A DNA stretch of 64,000 bases from Candidatus Omnitrophota bacterium (GTDB lineage Bacteria; Omnitrophota; Gorgyraeia; S143-82). The stretch is from the NCBI GenBank assembly GCA_015494465.1, contig WGBD01000002.1, forward strand, positions 197,267 to 261,266, given 5' to 3'. The position numbers and the translations under genes are program-made. The notes beneath the pieces were generated by a model, which was not told the origin of the DNA, made no database searches, and saw nothing but the letters and a program-made list of their open reading frames with translations. How positions within the stretch are numbered: position 1 is the first letter of the stretch; every line of letters begins with the position of its first letter. Below are positions 26,637-35,301 of the stretch, piece by piece.

Positions 26637-27581
26637 CTACCTCCTGGCGGGGGTCTGCATCAGGGAAAGGACCGCCTCCTTCAGGCCCTCCCGCACCGGG
26701 ACCTTCTGGCGGAACCCGATGGACCTCATCCCGGATGTGTCGTAAACACGGGCCTTCTTAAGGAACCTAACCACCTTGCCCAGGTACGGCAGGAGAGAGA
26801 AGATCCTTACCAGACCCTCCGGAACCTCCCTCAACTCCACTCCCATCGTACCCGCAATGGCAAGGAATATCTCTCTGGCAGTGAGGACCTCCTCGTCCGC
26901 GACATTGAAGGTCCTCCCCAACACATCGTCGCGGATGAGGGCGGAGTAGATCACCTCGTTCAGGGTGCTTATCCCACACAGGTGCCAGGGATTGTCCATC
27001 CTGCCCAACAGGACCTTAAACCTGCGCAGGAACGAGCACAACCTGCCCAGCAGGTGGGGCTCACCCGGACCGTAGACCATCGCCGGGCGCAAAATCACCC
27101 CGCTCAGTCCCCGCTTGATTGCCCCCCTCACTATCACTTCCGCCTCCAACTTGGACTGTCCGTAGGGCATAGAGGCCTTGAGGGGCATGTCCTCGCGCAA
27201 CGGCAGTTCGGTGTTCCCGCTTATCACCGCTATGGAACTCATGTGCACGAAGCGAGAGACACCCCTGCGCACCGCTACGTCTACCACGTACTGCGTCCCC
27301 AAGACGTTTACCCGCCACAGCAACTCCTGATTCGTCCCCACATATCCTGCGCAGTGGAGGAGTATCGCATCCCTCTCAACGAACCCCTCCAGAGAGGCCG
27401 GATCCCTCACATCTCCTACCACCAGATCGCACCCCATCTCCCTTGCCCAATCGCAGATAGAGGTCGGGCGGACCAGCAACCTTACATCCTTGGCGGGCCA
27501 CCTGCCACTCCGCACGAGGTCCTCCACTATAGACCTGCCTAGGAACCCGGTACCACCGGTAACCAACAGCAGCCTGCTCAA
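26637..27581 (-). CDS. NAD-dependent epimerase/dehydratase (extended SDR)
   Basis: 314 aa. Rossmann motif VTGGTGFLG. Its start overlaps the NeuB-like stop. Confidence 0.8.
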   Translation of the reverse strand: MSRLLLVTGGTGFLGRSIVEDLVRSGRWPAKDVRLLVRPTSICDWAREMGCDLVVGDVRDPASLEGFVERDAILLHCAGYVGTNQELLWRVNVLGTQYVVDVAVRRGVSRFVHMSSIAVISGNTELPLREDMPLKASMPYGQSKLEAEVIVRGAIKRGLSGVILRPAMVYGPGEPHLLGRLCSFLRRFKVLLGRMDNPWHLCGISTLNEVIYSALIRDDVLGRTFNVADEEVLTAREIFLAIAGTMGVELREVPEGLVRIFSLLPYLGKVVRFLKKARVYDTSGMRSIGFRQKVPVREGLKEAVLSLMQTPARR

Positions 27582-28588
27582 TCCTCCAAGACCTCCTGAC
27601 CCAGCATCTGGCCTGCCTCGTAGTCCTCGGGAGAGGTCCTCCCCAGTATCTTGGGAAGGAGCATGGGAGATATCCCATCCCCCGGTCTAAGGGCGATCAG
27701 GTTGTCCATAGAAAGGACCTCGCCTTTCTTTATCCGCCTGCGGGCAAAGAGGGACTTGCGGGCAAAGGGAAGGTTCTTCAACTCCGAAGGGGCCGGTCTT
27801 TTAATCCCATCTCCCAAGGCCCTTTCTACCTTCCGTATTGCGGAGACCATCTCCCGGAATTCCTCTGGCTCCAGACTGGCCTTGTGGTCCGGCCCGGGCA
27901 AACCCCTGTCCAAGGTAAAGTGCTTCTCTATCACCTCCGCCCCCAAGGCCACCGCAGCCACGGGCACCTCCCAGCCCAAGGTATGGTCCGAATAGCCCAC
28001 GCGCACCCCAAAGGCATGCCGCATCGCAACCATTGCCCTGAGGTTGACCTCTTCTACAGGGGCGGGATACTCAGTAAGGCAGTGGAGGAGCGTAATCTGA
28101 TCCCTATCCAGACCCGACAACAGGACCTCCAAGGCGCCCTTCACCTCCTCCATAGTGGCCATACCGGTGGAGAGGATGACCGGACGGCCGAATTGCGCGA
28201 CCTGCTTGAGAAGGGGATAGTCGGTGAGGTTGCCCGAACCTATCTTGAACCTTTCCATACCCAATTCGTACAGGAAGCGGGCGGATTCCTCGTCGAAGGG
28301 GGTAACCATAAACTCTATCCCCACCGCATCGCATCTCTCTTTTATCCGAACGAAATCCTCCCGGGACAGTTCCAATGCCTTTAACATCTCCCACTGCGAG
28401 CCCTCTCCTACCGTCCTCTTCTGATACTCCGGCCTGCCCGCAGATGGCGATACCAGTGTCTCTGCCCTGAACAACTGGAACTTCACTGCAGAGGCACCCA
28501 CTTCCTTTGCCACCTCTACCATCTCCAGTGCCCGCTCGACGGAGCCATTGTGGTTTACTCCCGCCTCCGCGATTACGAATACGCCCAT
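27578..28588 (-). CDS. N-acetylneuraminate/pseudaminic/legionaminic acid synthase family (NeuB-like) with C-terminal SAF domain
   Basis: Start trimmed to the ATG at 28586-28588 (MGVFVIAEAGVNHNGSVERALEMV...). SD GGAGGTG lies 9 nt upstream. The longer track ORF overlaps the helicase gene. Confidence 0.8.
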   Translation of the reverse strand: MGVFVIAEAGVNHNGSVERALEMVEVAKEVGASAVKFQLFRAETLVSPSAGRPEYQKRTVGEGSQWEMLKALELSREDFVRIKERCDAVGIEFMVTPFDEESARFLYELGMERFKIGSGNLTDYPLLKQVAQFGRPVILSTGMATMEEVKGALEVLLSGLDRDQITLLHCLTEYPAPVEEVNLRAMVAMRHAFGVRVGYSDHTLGWEVPVAAVALGAEVIEKHFTLDRGLPGPDHKASLEPEEFREMVSAIRKVERALGDGIKRPAPSELKNLPFARKSLFARRRIKKGEVLSMDNLIALRPGDGISPMLLPKILGRTSPEDYEAGQMLGQEVLED

Positions 28589-28672
28589 CTTATCTGCCAC
28601 CTCCGCTTTAAGATCGGCCAGCCCAATATAATGATAACCAAAACTCCCCTTTAAAGGTATAATTAACTGCAT

Positions 28673-30613
28673 ATGGAAGAGATATTTTCGTTTCAGTTGG
28701 ACGAATTCCAGAAGCAAGCACTCTCCGCCGTGGACGAGGGCTGTTCCCTGTTGGTCTCTGCACCCACTGGTGCGGGGAAGACGGTGATAGCGGAGTATGT
28801 GATTCATCGGTGTCTGGAGAAGGGGCTCGGGGTAATATACTGCGCACCCATAAAGGCCCTGAGCAACCAAAAGTTTCGGGACTTCCGCCAGAGGTACGGA
28901 GAGGACAAGATAGGGATACTCACCGGAGATGTCTCCCTCAATCCCGAGGCGCCGGTCCTGATAATGACCACCGAGATATTCCGCAACACCATCTTGGACT
29001 GTCCTTACCGGCTTGACTCCAAGTTCTGGGTGATATTCGACGAGATCCACTACATAGACGATGTGGAACGGGGGACGGTGTGGGAGGAGTCGATTATAAT
29101 GATGCCCAAGCACATGCGCCTCTTGGGATTGAGTGCAACCATCCCGAATGTAGAGGAACTGGGGGAGTGGATCCGCAAGATACACCCATTCCCCCTAAAG
29201 ATAATCGTGGAAGAACACCGCCCCGTCCCTTTGGAGTTCCGCTTCCAGTGCCACAACGAGATATTCACCTCGGTATCCGCACTAAAGGACCAGTGCTACC
29301 CTTGGATGGCCAACAAGCGCATCCCCCGTGCCTGGGATGTGGGGGCAAAGCCCAACAAACTGATTACCCTGATAAAACACCTGAGGGAGGAAGACCTCCT
29401 GCCCTGCATATACTTCGCCTTCAGCCGAAGGCGGTGTGAGATCCTCGCCTGGGAGGTGCGGAGGATGAACTTCCTCTCGCCCAGCGAGGCGGAAGAGATA
29501 ACCACCCGCTATTACGAATTACTGGAGCGCTTCGGGCTCATCGGAGACAAGTTCGCGGAAGACATGTACGACCTCGTGAGGCGGGGAATTGCCTTCCATC
29601 ACGCGGGCATGCTTCCGACGATGAAGGAGGTGATAGAGCAGTTGTTCACCTCCCGCCTGATAAAGGTGATATTCACCACCGAGACCTTTGCTCTGGGGAT
29701 AAACATGCCTGCCCGCACGGTGGTGTTCGACGAATTGCGGAAGTACTACGGCACCCACTTCGGCGAACTGCGCACCCGGGACTTCTACCAGATGGCGGGC
29801 AGGGCAGGGCGACGGGGGATAGACGAGAAGGGATATGTGTACTGCCGGATAAATCCCCATCACATAGACTTCTACACCCTGAAGCGCATAATATTCGGTC
29901 AGCCTGAGAAGGTAATCAGTCAGTTCAACATGTCCTACGCCTCCATCCTCCACCTCTACAAGGACCTTCAGGACCGGTTGGTAGACATATACCCGCTCTC
30001 CTTTGCCCACTTCCAGTCCAGCAAACGGGAGCACAGAGAGGACATCCGCATCATCCGGGCAAAGGTGCGCCTCCTCAAGGAACTGGGGTACATCCGAAAG
30101 AACCAGTTGACCGAAAAGGGAATCTTCGCCTCCCATGTTTACGGATACGAACTGCCCACTACCGAACTCTACTTTGCCGGCCTGTTCCGGGACCTCAACC
30201 CCAAAGAGCTCCTGGCCTTGGCCTCTGCTATCGTCTTCGAGCCCCGCAAGGGTCAACACAAACCACCCCTGCCAAAAGGGATTAAGTACCTGCAGAAACA
30301 ATCCAACCGGATCCTGCGCAGGATCATCCGCATGGAGAGGAAGTTTCAGCTCCTGCCCGTGACCAAACGCCTCCACTTCCACCTGGCCCTGGCGATAGTG
30401 CGCTGGGCCGAAGGGGAGAGCTTCGAGCGACTCAACCGCTACACCGACACCGATCCGGGCGAGATAGTGCGTTACTTCCGCATGGTAATCCAGTTGCTCA
30501 AGGACATCTGCGAGGTCCCACTCATAGATCCGAGACTGAAAGAGACCATCCACTCCGCCATAGAGAAGATAAATCGGGACGAGGTGGACGCGGAAAGGCA
30601 ACTGCGGGCCTGA
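28673..30613 (+). CDS. Ski2-like DEAD/DEAH-box helicase (HelY/Mtr4-like, short form)
   Basis: 646 aa. Motif I SAPTGAGKT, motif II FDEIHYIDD, SAT and HAGM motifs. Confidence 0.8.
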   Translation: MEEIFSFQLDEFQKQALSAVDEGCSLLVSAPTGAGKTVIAEYVIHRCLEKGLGVIYCAPIKALSNQKFRDFRQRYGEDKIGILTGDVSLNPEAPVLIMTTEIFRNTILDCPYRLDSKFWVIFDEIHYIDDVERGTVWEESIIMMPKHMRLLGLSATIPNVEELGEWIRKIHPFPLKIIVEEHRPVPLEFRFQCHNEIFTSVSALKDQCYPWMANKRIPRAWDVGAKPNKLITLIKHLREEDLLPCIYFAFSRRRCEILAWEVRRMNFLSPSEAEEITTRYYELLERFGLIGDKFAEDMYDLVRRGIAFHHAGMLPTMKEVIEQLFTSRLIKVIFTTETFALGINMPARTVVFDELRKYYGTHFGELRTRDFYQMAGRAGRRGIDEKGYVYCRINPHHIDFYTLKRIIFGQPEKVISQFNMSYASILHLYKDLQDRLVDIYPLSFAHFQSSKREHREDIRIIRAKVRLLKELGYIRKNQLTEKGIFASHVYGYELPTTELYFAGLFRDLNPKELLALASAIVFEPRKGQHKPPLPKGIKYLQKQSNRILRRIIRMERKFQLLPVTKRLHFHLALAIVRWAEGESFERLNRYTDTDPGEIVRYFRMVIQLLKDICEVPLIDPRLKETIHSAIEKINRDEVDAERQLRA

Positions 30614-31408
30614 TTAGAGGAGTATGTAGAGACCCGCAAGGACGAAGGTTATCGCCACGCTCACCGGCAGGTCCATCCTCAAGGCCAACCAGAGCCCCAC
30701 GCAGACGGTGAACAGGTTTATCCCCAGGGTCCAAAGGAACATCCCCAAGATGCCCCTGCTTTTCCTCTCACCTATCGCCGGAGGCACGAGGAGCATGGCG
30801 ATCATCAGTATCACCCCCAAGGACTTCACCAGAGACAAGACCGCCAAGGATATGATGACCAACAGCAGGTAATACAGGCCCCTTGCCGGCAGACCCTGGG
30901 ATACCGCAAACTCCTCGTCTACCGCACAGGCGAGCAACCCCCTGAAAAAGAGGAGCACTGCAAGGGAGGCAGATAGAGACAGACCCCAGGCAAAAAGGAC
31001 ATCCGATCCCGACAGGAGAAAGGCATTACCGAAGAGATAACTCATCGCATCCGGGACATAGCCCTTCACCTGACGCAGGGCGGTTATACCGATGGCCATA
31101 CCCACCGTCCAGGTAAGGGCAACCGCTACCTCCGGCGCCCCTGACCTGCTCCTCCTCTCGAGCATACCCATAAACAATCCCAACACCACAGTGGCAGGCA
31201 CCAACACCGCTGAAAGGGGCAGGCCGAACAGTAAGGCCACACCGATCACCCCCAACAGGGCGTGGGATATACCCGCAGAGACGAACCCCAGCCGGCGCAT
31301 AAACATAAACGGCCCCACTAGTGCGGAGACCAAGGCCCCGCCTAACAAACTAAGGAAGGCATTCTTGACCAATCCAAGTCCTGACCAATCCAAGGGTATC
31401 TCAATCAT
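30614..31408 (-). CDS. metal (Zn/Mn) ABC transporter permease
   Basis: 264 aa with 8 or more TM segments. ZnuB/MntB-like. Confidence 0.85.
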   Translation of the reverse strand: MIEIPLDWSGLGLVKNAFLSLLGGALVSALVGPFMFMRRLGFVSAGISHALLGVIGVALLFGLPLSAVLVPATVVLGLFMGMLERRSRSGAPEVAVALTWTVGMAIGITALRQVKGYVPDAMSYLFGNAFLLSGSDVLFAWGLSLSASLAVLLFFRGLLACAVDEEFAVSQGLPARGLYYLLLVIISLAVLSLVKSLGVILMIAMLLVPPAIGERKSRGILGMFLWTLGINLFTVCVGLWLALRMDLPVSVAITFVLAGLYILL

Positions 31409-32174
31409 CTTCGTGCCTCTTCAATACCCTGTGGGGCATACCGTGGGCGATGAGGTCCACCGGACAACTATAAGCAGAGGTAATGGCCGAGGACAGCTCC
31501 TCTCCCCCCTTGCCGTGATAGACCAGCGTACGATTCAGACAGGCTATCTCGTCCACGAACTGGGACAGTACCCCTATGTCGTGGGAGATCATCACTATCG
31601 TCATCCCCTGCCCCTTGAGTTGGTTAAGGAGATAAAATACATTCGTCTCGGTGGGCTCGTCCACACTGGCAGTAGGCTCGTCCAAGAAGAGGATCTGAGG
31701 ATCCTTTACCAAGGCCCGGGCGATAAGGACCCGCTGTTTCTGCCCCACCGAGGCGGTCTTGTAGGGAACAGTAAACAGGTCCTCTATCCCCAATAAGGCC
31801 ATGGCCCGCCTCACCTTATCTTCGGTGCTTCCGCTAAGGACCCTCACACCCCAGGGCCGGGCAACCAGCCCCATCGCTACCATCTCTCCGCAGGTCAAAG
31901 GGACCATCGGATTGGTCTCTACCATCTGGGGGACATAGCCGATTCTGTCCCTGACCCTATCTACATCCTCGCCGAAGACCCGCACCTTTCCCCTCTTTAC
32001 CGGAATTATCCCCAGTATCGCCTTAAACAGAGTGGTCTTACCCGCCCCGTTGGGCCCTATTATCCCGATGAATCTGCCCCTCTCTACGCGGAAGGAGACC
32101 GCCTCTAATACCACACTCTCCCCATAGGAGACCCACAGGTCCTCCACCTCCAAGGCGATTTTCCGCTCACTCAT
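31401..32174 (-). CDS. metal (Zn/Mn) ABC transporter ATP-binding protein
   Basis: 257 aa. Walker A GPNGAGKTT and ABC signature. Confidence 0.85.
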   Translation of the reverse strand: MSERKIALEVEDLWVSYGESVVLEAVSFRVERGRFIGIIGPNGAGKTTLFKAILGIIPVKRGKVRVFGEDVDRVRDRIGYVPQMVETNPMVPLTCGEMVAMGLVARPWGVRVLSGSTEDKVRRAMALLGIEDLFTVPYKTASVGQKQRVLIARALVKDPQILFLDEPTASVDEPTETNVFYLLNQLKGQGMTIVMISHDIGVLSQFVDEIACLNRTLVYHGKGGEELSSAITSAYSCPVDLIAHGMPHRVLKRHEDD

Positions 32175-32943
32175 TCAGGGCCTCCAGTCTCCCTGTCAAG
32201 TTCCGGAACTGGCCAACGATGTCCTCCGAGAGGGGATCAACCGCTATCAGGGGAAGGGTCGGACAGGCCCCCACCAAGGCCTTCAGTCTGTCCCGGGCGA
32301 ACTGGGATTCCATCAACACGAAACGGTACCTTCCCTGCCGGCATCCGGAGATCGCCTGCCTTAGGCGGGAGAACCTCACCTCTCCGCTGGGATCGCTTAT
32401 GCTTACCATCTTCAGATTATAATCCCGGCAGAAGTACCTCCAGGCAGGGTGAAAGCACAAAAGATACTTTATCCCCTGTCTCCGGAAGAAGGCGCTGAGC
32501 CTGCGGTCCAGATCCCGGAGGTCCTTCAAGAGAGGATTGGGATCCCTTCCTAGGATCTGCCCCGCCCGACTGACCATCGCTTGGAGGTTGCGCAGAGAGA
32601 GCCACTGGTGTGGATCCGACTCCAGGAACTCCAGGCCCTCCGCCAAGAATACCACCTCCATTTGAGGGAAGTTCTCCCTTATCACAGCCAATAGCCTCCT
32701 CTCTACCTCCAGCCTCCCGTTGACCATCCAGACCCGAGATGCCTTGGCCAGCACCTGTATGTGGCTGGGTGAGATAGCAACCGTGTGGGGATCGGTACCC
32801 GGATGGATTATACTTACGACCTCTTTAAGTCCCAAATCCTCAAGCAATCCCTTGAGTGGCGGTATAGAGACGACCTCCAAGGCCCGCAACGGCAAGGAGA
32901 TCCCCAGTAAAAGGAAAGAAAACAAGCAAAGGATCCGCTTCAT
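32167..32943 (-). CDS. metal ABC transporter substrate-binding protein (ZnuA/TroA family)
   Basis: 258 aa with a signal peptide and a cluster-9 SBP layout. Confidence 0.8.
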   Translation of the reverse strand: MKRILCLFSFLLLGISLPLRALEVVSIPPLKGLLEDLGLKEVVSIIHPGTDPHTVAISPSHIQVLAKASRVWMVNGRLEVERRLLAVIRENFPQMEVVFLAEGLEFLESDPHQWLSLRNLQAMVSRAGQILGRDPNPLLKDLRDLDRRLSAFFRRQGIKYLLCFHPAWRYFCRDYNLKMVSISDPSGEVRFSRLRQAISGCRQGRYRFVLMESQFARDRLKALVGACPTLPLIAVDPLSEDIVGQFRNLTGRLEALNE

Positions 32944-32984
32944 GGAACCGTCCCCCTATAAATTAAAAACCCCACCATTGCCGT

Positions 32985-33099
32985 GGGGACAGGCATAGTC
33001 TGAACCCCAAAACTAGGTGGGCACCTGCCGACTACCCCACGGGGTAGCCGGACTCCGGCTCCCAGTTTCGAGGTGTTGGTTCAGCTACTTGCCTTCCCC
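32985..33099. other. GC-rich structured intergenic element (candidate small RNA or regulatory RNA), strand unknown
   Basis: 115 nt. Its ends form a long interrupted helix (GGGACAGGCATAGTCTGAACC with GGTTCAGCTACTTGCCTTCCCC). Internal hairpins TACCCCACGGGGTA and GCCGGACTCCGGC. GC-rich, unlike other intergenic regions here. Confidence 0.25.
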
Positions 33100-33168
33100 T
33101 CACGCGCATGGTAGGGACCGCTTCCAACACCAATTTAATGATAGCAGAAGGCAGGCAAAAAGGCAAGT

Positions 33169-33462
33169 TTACATCTGCAGGCGCATCAGTTCCTGATAGG
33201 CGTCTATCAACTTGTTGCGGATCTCCATCATGGTCATAAAGGCCAGGTTCGCCTCCTCCACCGCGACCAGGACCTGGTGGATGTCCTTGACCTGGCCCTT
33301 GGCGAGTTTCTCCATGGCGTTCTCTGCGTTCAGCTGGAGCTGGTTCACCTTATCTATACTCTCTTTCAGGATGGAGGCAAAGTCAACATCTCCGGAGACC
33401 TTTCCCGAGGGCTTAGGGGTCAAGGGCCCTATACCACCAACTCCAATCTTATCTATCGCCAT
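33169..33462 (-). CDS. fliE: flagellar hook-basal body complex protein FliE
   Basis: 97 aa with FliE-family C-terminal helices. SD GAGGTGA upstream. Confidence 0.8.
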   Translation of the reverse strand: MAIDKIGVGGIGPLTPKPSGKVSGDVDFASILKESIDKVNQLQLNAENAMEKLAKGQVKDIHQVLVAVEEANLAFMTMMEIRNKLIDAYQELMRLQM

Positions 33463-33468
33463 ACCTCA

Positions 33469-33867
33469 TCACCTCAACATGTCCAGCGTCCTTATGTAGT
33501 TCTGCTTCTGCAGGTTGAAGGCTGCGATGTTCGCCTCGTAGGCTCGGGAGGCGGTTATCATCTTCGTCCACTCCTCTACCAGATTTATCCTCGGATAGTG
33601 GACATAACCGTACTGGTCCGCATCGGGGTGGTCGGGATCGTACACCAGACGATAGGAATCCTGCTCCTGTATCCCGATAACCCTTACCCCCTGGGCATCG
33701 GGGGCGCTCTGGAGGATCACCTCCTGCCGTTTATAAGGCCCTCCTTCCGGGGTGCGGGTGGTGTTGATGTTGGCCAGGTTGTTGGCGTAGGTCTCTATGC
33801 GCCGTTTCTCCGCACGCAGACCACTCACCGATATCTCCATCCCGGAAAACACGCTGGAAACCTGCAT
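33469..33867 (-). CDS. flgC: flagellar basal-body rod protein FlgC
   Basis: Start at ATG 33865-33867 (MQVSSVFSGMEISVSGL...) with SD GAGGTG upstream. Conserved N-terminal rod motif ANNLANINTT. Confidence 0.85.
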   Translation of the reverse strand: MQVSSVFSGMEISVSGLRAEKRRIETYANNLANINTTRTPEGGPYKRQEVILQSAPDAQGVRVIGIQEQDSYRLVYDPDHPDADQYGYVHYPRINLVEEWTKMITASRAYEANIAAFNLQKQNYIRTLDMLR

Positions 33868-33894
33868 TATCACACCTCGTCCCGCCTAGTTATT

Positions 33895-34275
33895 CTATTC
33901 CGGCCTACCTCTTATTATACTCTCGAACAGGTCAAACCGCGACCTCAAAAGTTGGACCATGGACTGGTAATCCATGGAATCCTCGGTAATCTTCACTAAT
34001 TCTTCGTCCAACTCCACCGGCCTGCCCGTGTCCTTTATCGGAATCTTTTCCAGGCCCGGCGAAGAGATTCGTGCCGGGATGTGGCGAGGGTTGGTCCGCT
34101 CCAGCTCCAAGCGCATCTGCTCCTTCTCCAAGACCTTGGCAAAGTCCACCCGCTTAGCGGTGTATCCGGGGACATTCACATTGGCGATGTTGTTGGCCAA
34201 CACCTTGATCTCCCGGGAAAGGACCGTCATACGATCTACCACTGCGGACTCTGTCTTACCTACGAACATACCCAT
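33895..34275 (-). CDS. flgB: flagellar basal-body rod protein FlgB
   Basis: Start at ATG 34273-34275 (MGMFVGKTES...) with SD AGGAGGG 5 nt upstream. The upstream track extension is spurious. Confidence 0.8.
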   Translation of the reverse strand: MGMFVGKTESAVVDRMTVLSREIKVLANNIANVNVPGYTAKRVDFAKVLEKEQMRLELERTNPRHIPARISSPGLEKIPIKDTGRPVELDEELVKITEDSMDYQSMVQLLRSRFDLFESIIRGRPE

Positions 34276-34298
34276 AACATCCCTCCTACCTAATAGGA

Positions 34299-34314
34299 TG
34301 CAAAATGCGTGCCA
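34299..34314 (-). promoter_or_regulatory. sigma-54 (RpoN) -24/-12 promoter for flgB-flgC-fliE
   Basis: The minus strand reads TGGCACGCATTTTGCA, a perfect match to TGGCAC-N5-TTGCA. It lies ~25 nt upstream of the flgB start. Confidence 0.6.
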
Positions 34315-34359
34315 ATATGCTGGATTGACACGGGGACATCCCTCTATTAGAATCACCTC

Positions 34360-35301
34360 ATGAAGACATCCAAAAGAGCAACCGAGATCGCCTTAGTTTT
34401 TATCCCCTTGGGTGCGTTATTCTTTTACCTCTCCTCCAAACACCTGGTCACCGCAGATGTAAACCTATACTACGACATCGGAAGGAACCTCCTATCCCTC
34501 AAACCCTACTGCAGTTTTGACATCTACGCAACCAGCCCTGAGGCCTACTTCCCTGCCCTGCCCTTCACTGCACCCCTCTGGCCATTGGTGGCTGGGATAA
34601 GCATAAGGCTCCTTGGCACCTACGGGCCGTGGATGATCAACCCACTGCTCTTGCTCGCAAGCGCCTTCGTCTTTTACCGGATAGCCCACAGATTCCTCGC
34701 CCATGAACAGGCCCTGATGGCAACCGCCTTGGCCTTTACCTCCCTGCCCATACTCCTGATTGCAATGTATCCTTGGACGGAGACCCTGGGCCTACTCCTA
34801 TTGCTGCTAATAGTCCATCAAGTCCTCTCCGGGGCCCGGCCCCTCCACACCGGCCTGTTATTGGCCTTGGAGGGTCTAACCCGACCCCACTACCTCCTGC
34901 CCGCCCTGATAATCACCGCCATTTGGAGCAAGCGAAAAAGGGACCTTTTGACCGCATTACTGACCAGTGCAGTCTTGCTTCTCACCTACGAGGGAGTGTG
35001 TCTGGTGCTTTGGAAACTGCCCTACCCCAGTATGTACCTATTGCCCCTGAACAACTTCTCGCCTCCGATTGGCAAGACAGATCTGGGGGAGGCAGTGATA
35101 GGCTACCTACACACATTAAAAGACCTCCTGCTCAACACCCCAACCCTCCCAATAGGAGTCCTTGCCCTTCTCCTCGGATTCTGGCTCAAGCAGGCCCAAG
35201 GGCTGGACGGACGGGTAGTAAAACTCCTCTGGACCTATCTGGTATTGGTCGTTACCTATCCCGTTTTATTCCTGATATTGATCCTCAAGGGGGTATGGTA
35301 G
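34360..35301 (+). CDS. polytopic integral membrane protein (~9-10 TM), possibly the N-terminal part of a GT-C/ArnT-like glycosyltransferase
   Basis: 313 aa, very hydrophobic. It ends at TAG 35299-35301, overlapping the next ATG. Confidence 0.45.
   Translation: MKTSKRATEIALVFIPLGALFFYLSSKHLVTADVNLYYDIGRNLLSLKPYCSFDIYATSPEAYFPALPFTAPLWPLVAGISIRLLGTYGPWMINPLLLLASAFVFYRIAHRFLAHEQALMATALAFTSLPILLIAMYPWTETLGLLLLLLIVHQVLSGARPLHTGLLLALEGLTRPHYLLPALIITAIWSKRKRDLLTALLTSAVLLLTYEGVCLVLWKLPYPSMYLLPLNNFSPPIGKTDLGEAVIGYLHTLKDLLLNTPTLPIGVLALLLGFWLKQAQGLDGRVVKLLWTYLVLVVTYPVLFLILILKGVW

Noticed and set aside
25836-27542. 568-aa plus-strand ORF spanning the antisense of PolX and the SDR epimerase
   Set aside because: Composition rich in H/P/L/Q/G/R. 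It crosses a gene boundary on the opposite strand. It is explained by sense-strand codon bias (few TTA/CTA/TCA codons), which removes antisense stops. The opposite-strand genes have strong homology signatures.
28589-29185. N-terminal 199-aa extension of the NeuB-like ORF
   Set aside because: It overlaps the plus-strand helicase gene. The NeuB family starts at MGVFVIAEAGVNHNGS, which has a good SD.
29519-30601. 360-aa minus-strand ORF antisense to the Ski2-like helicase
   Set aside because: Antisense shadow ORF. The helicase motifs on the plus strand are clear.
32985-33099. Assignment of the structured intergenic element as SRP (4.5S) or 6S RNA
   Set aside because: It has the long terminal helix typical of both. 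But I could not find the SRP domain IV GGAA tetraloop/AGCAGCC motif or other diagnostic sequence by eye. It is left as an unclassified candidate.
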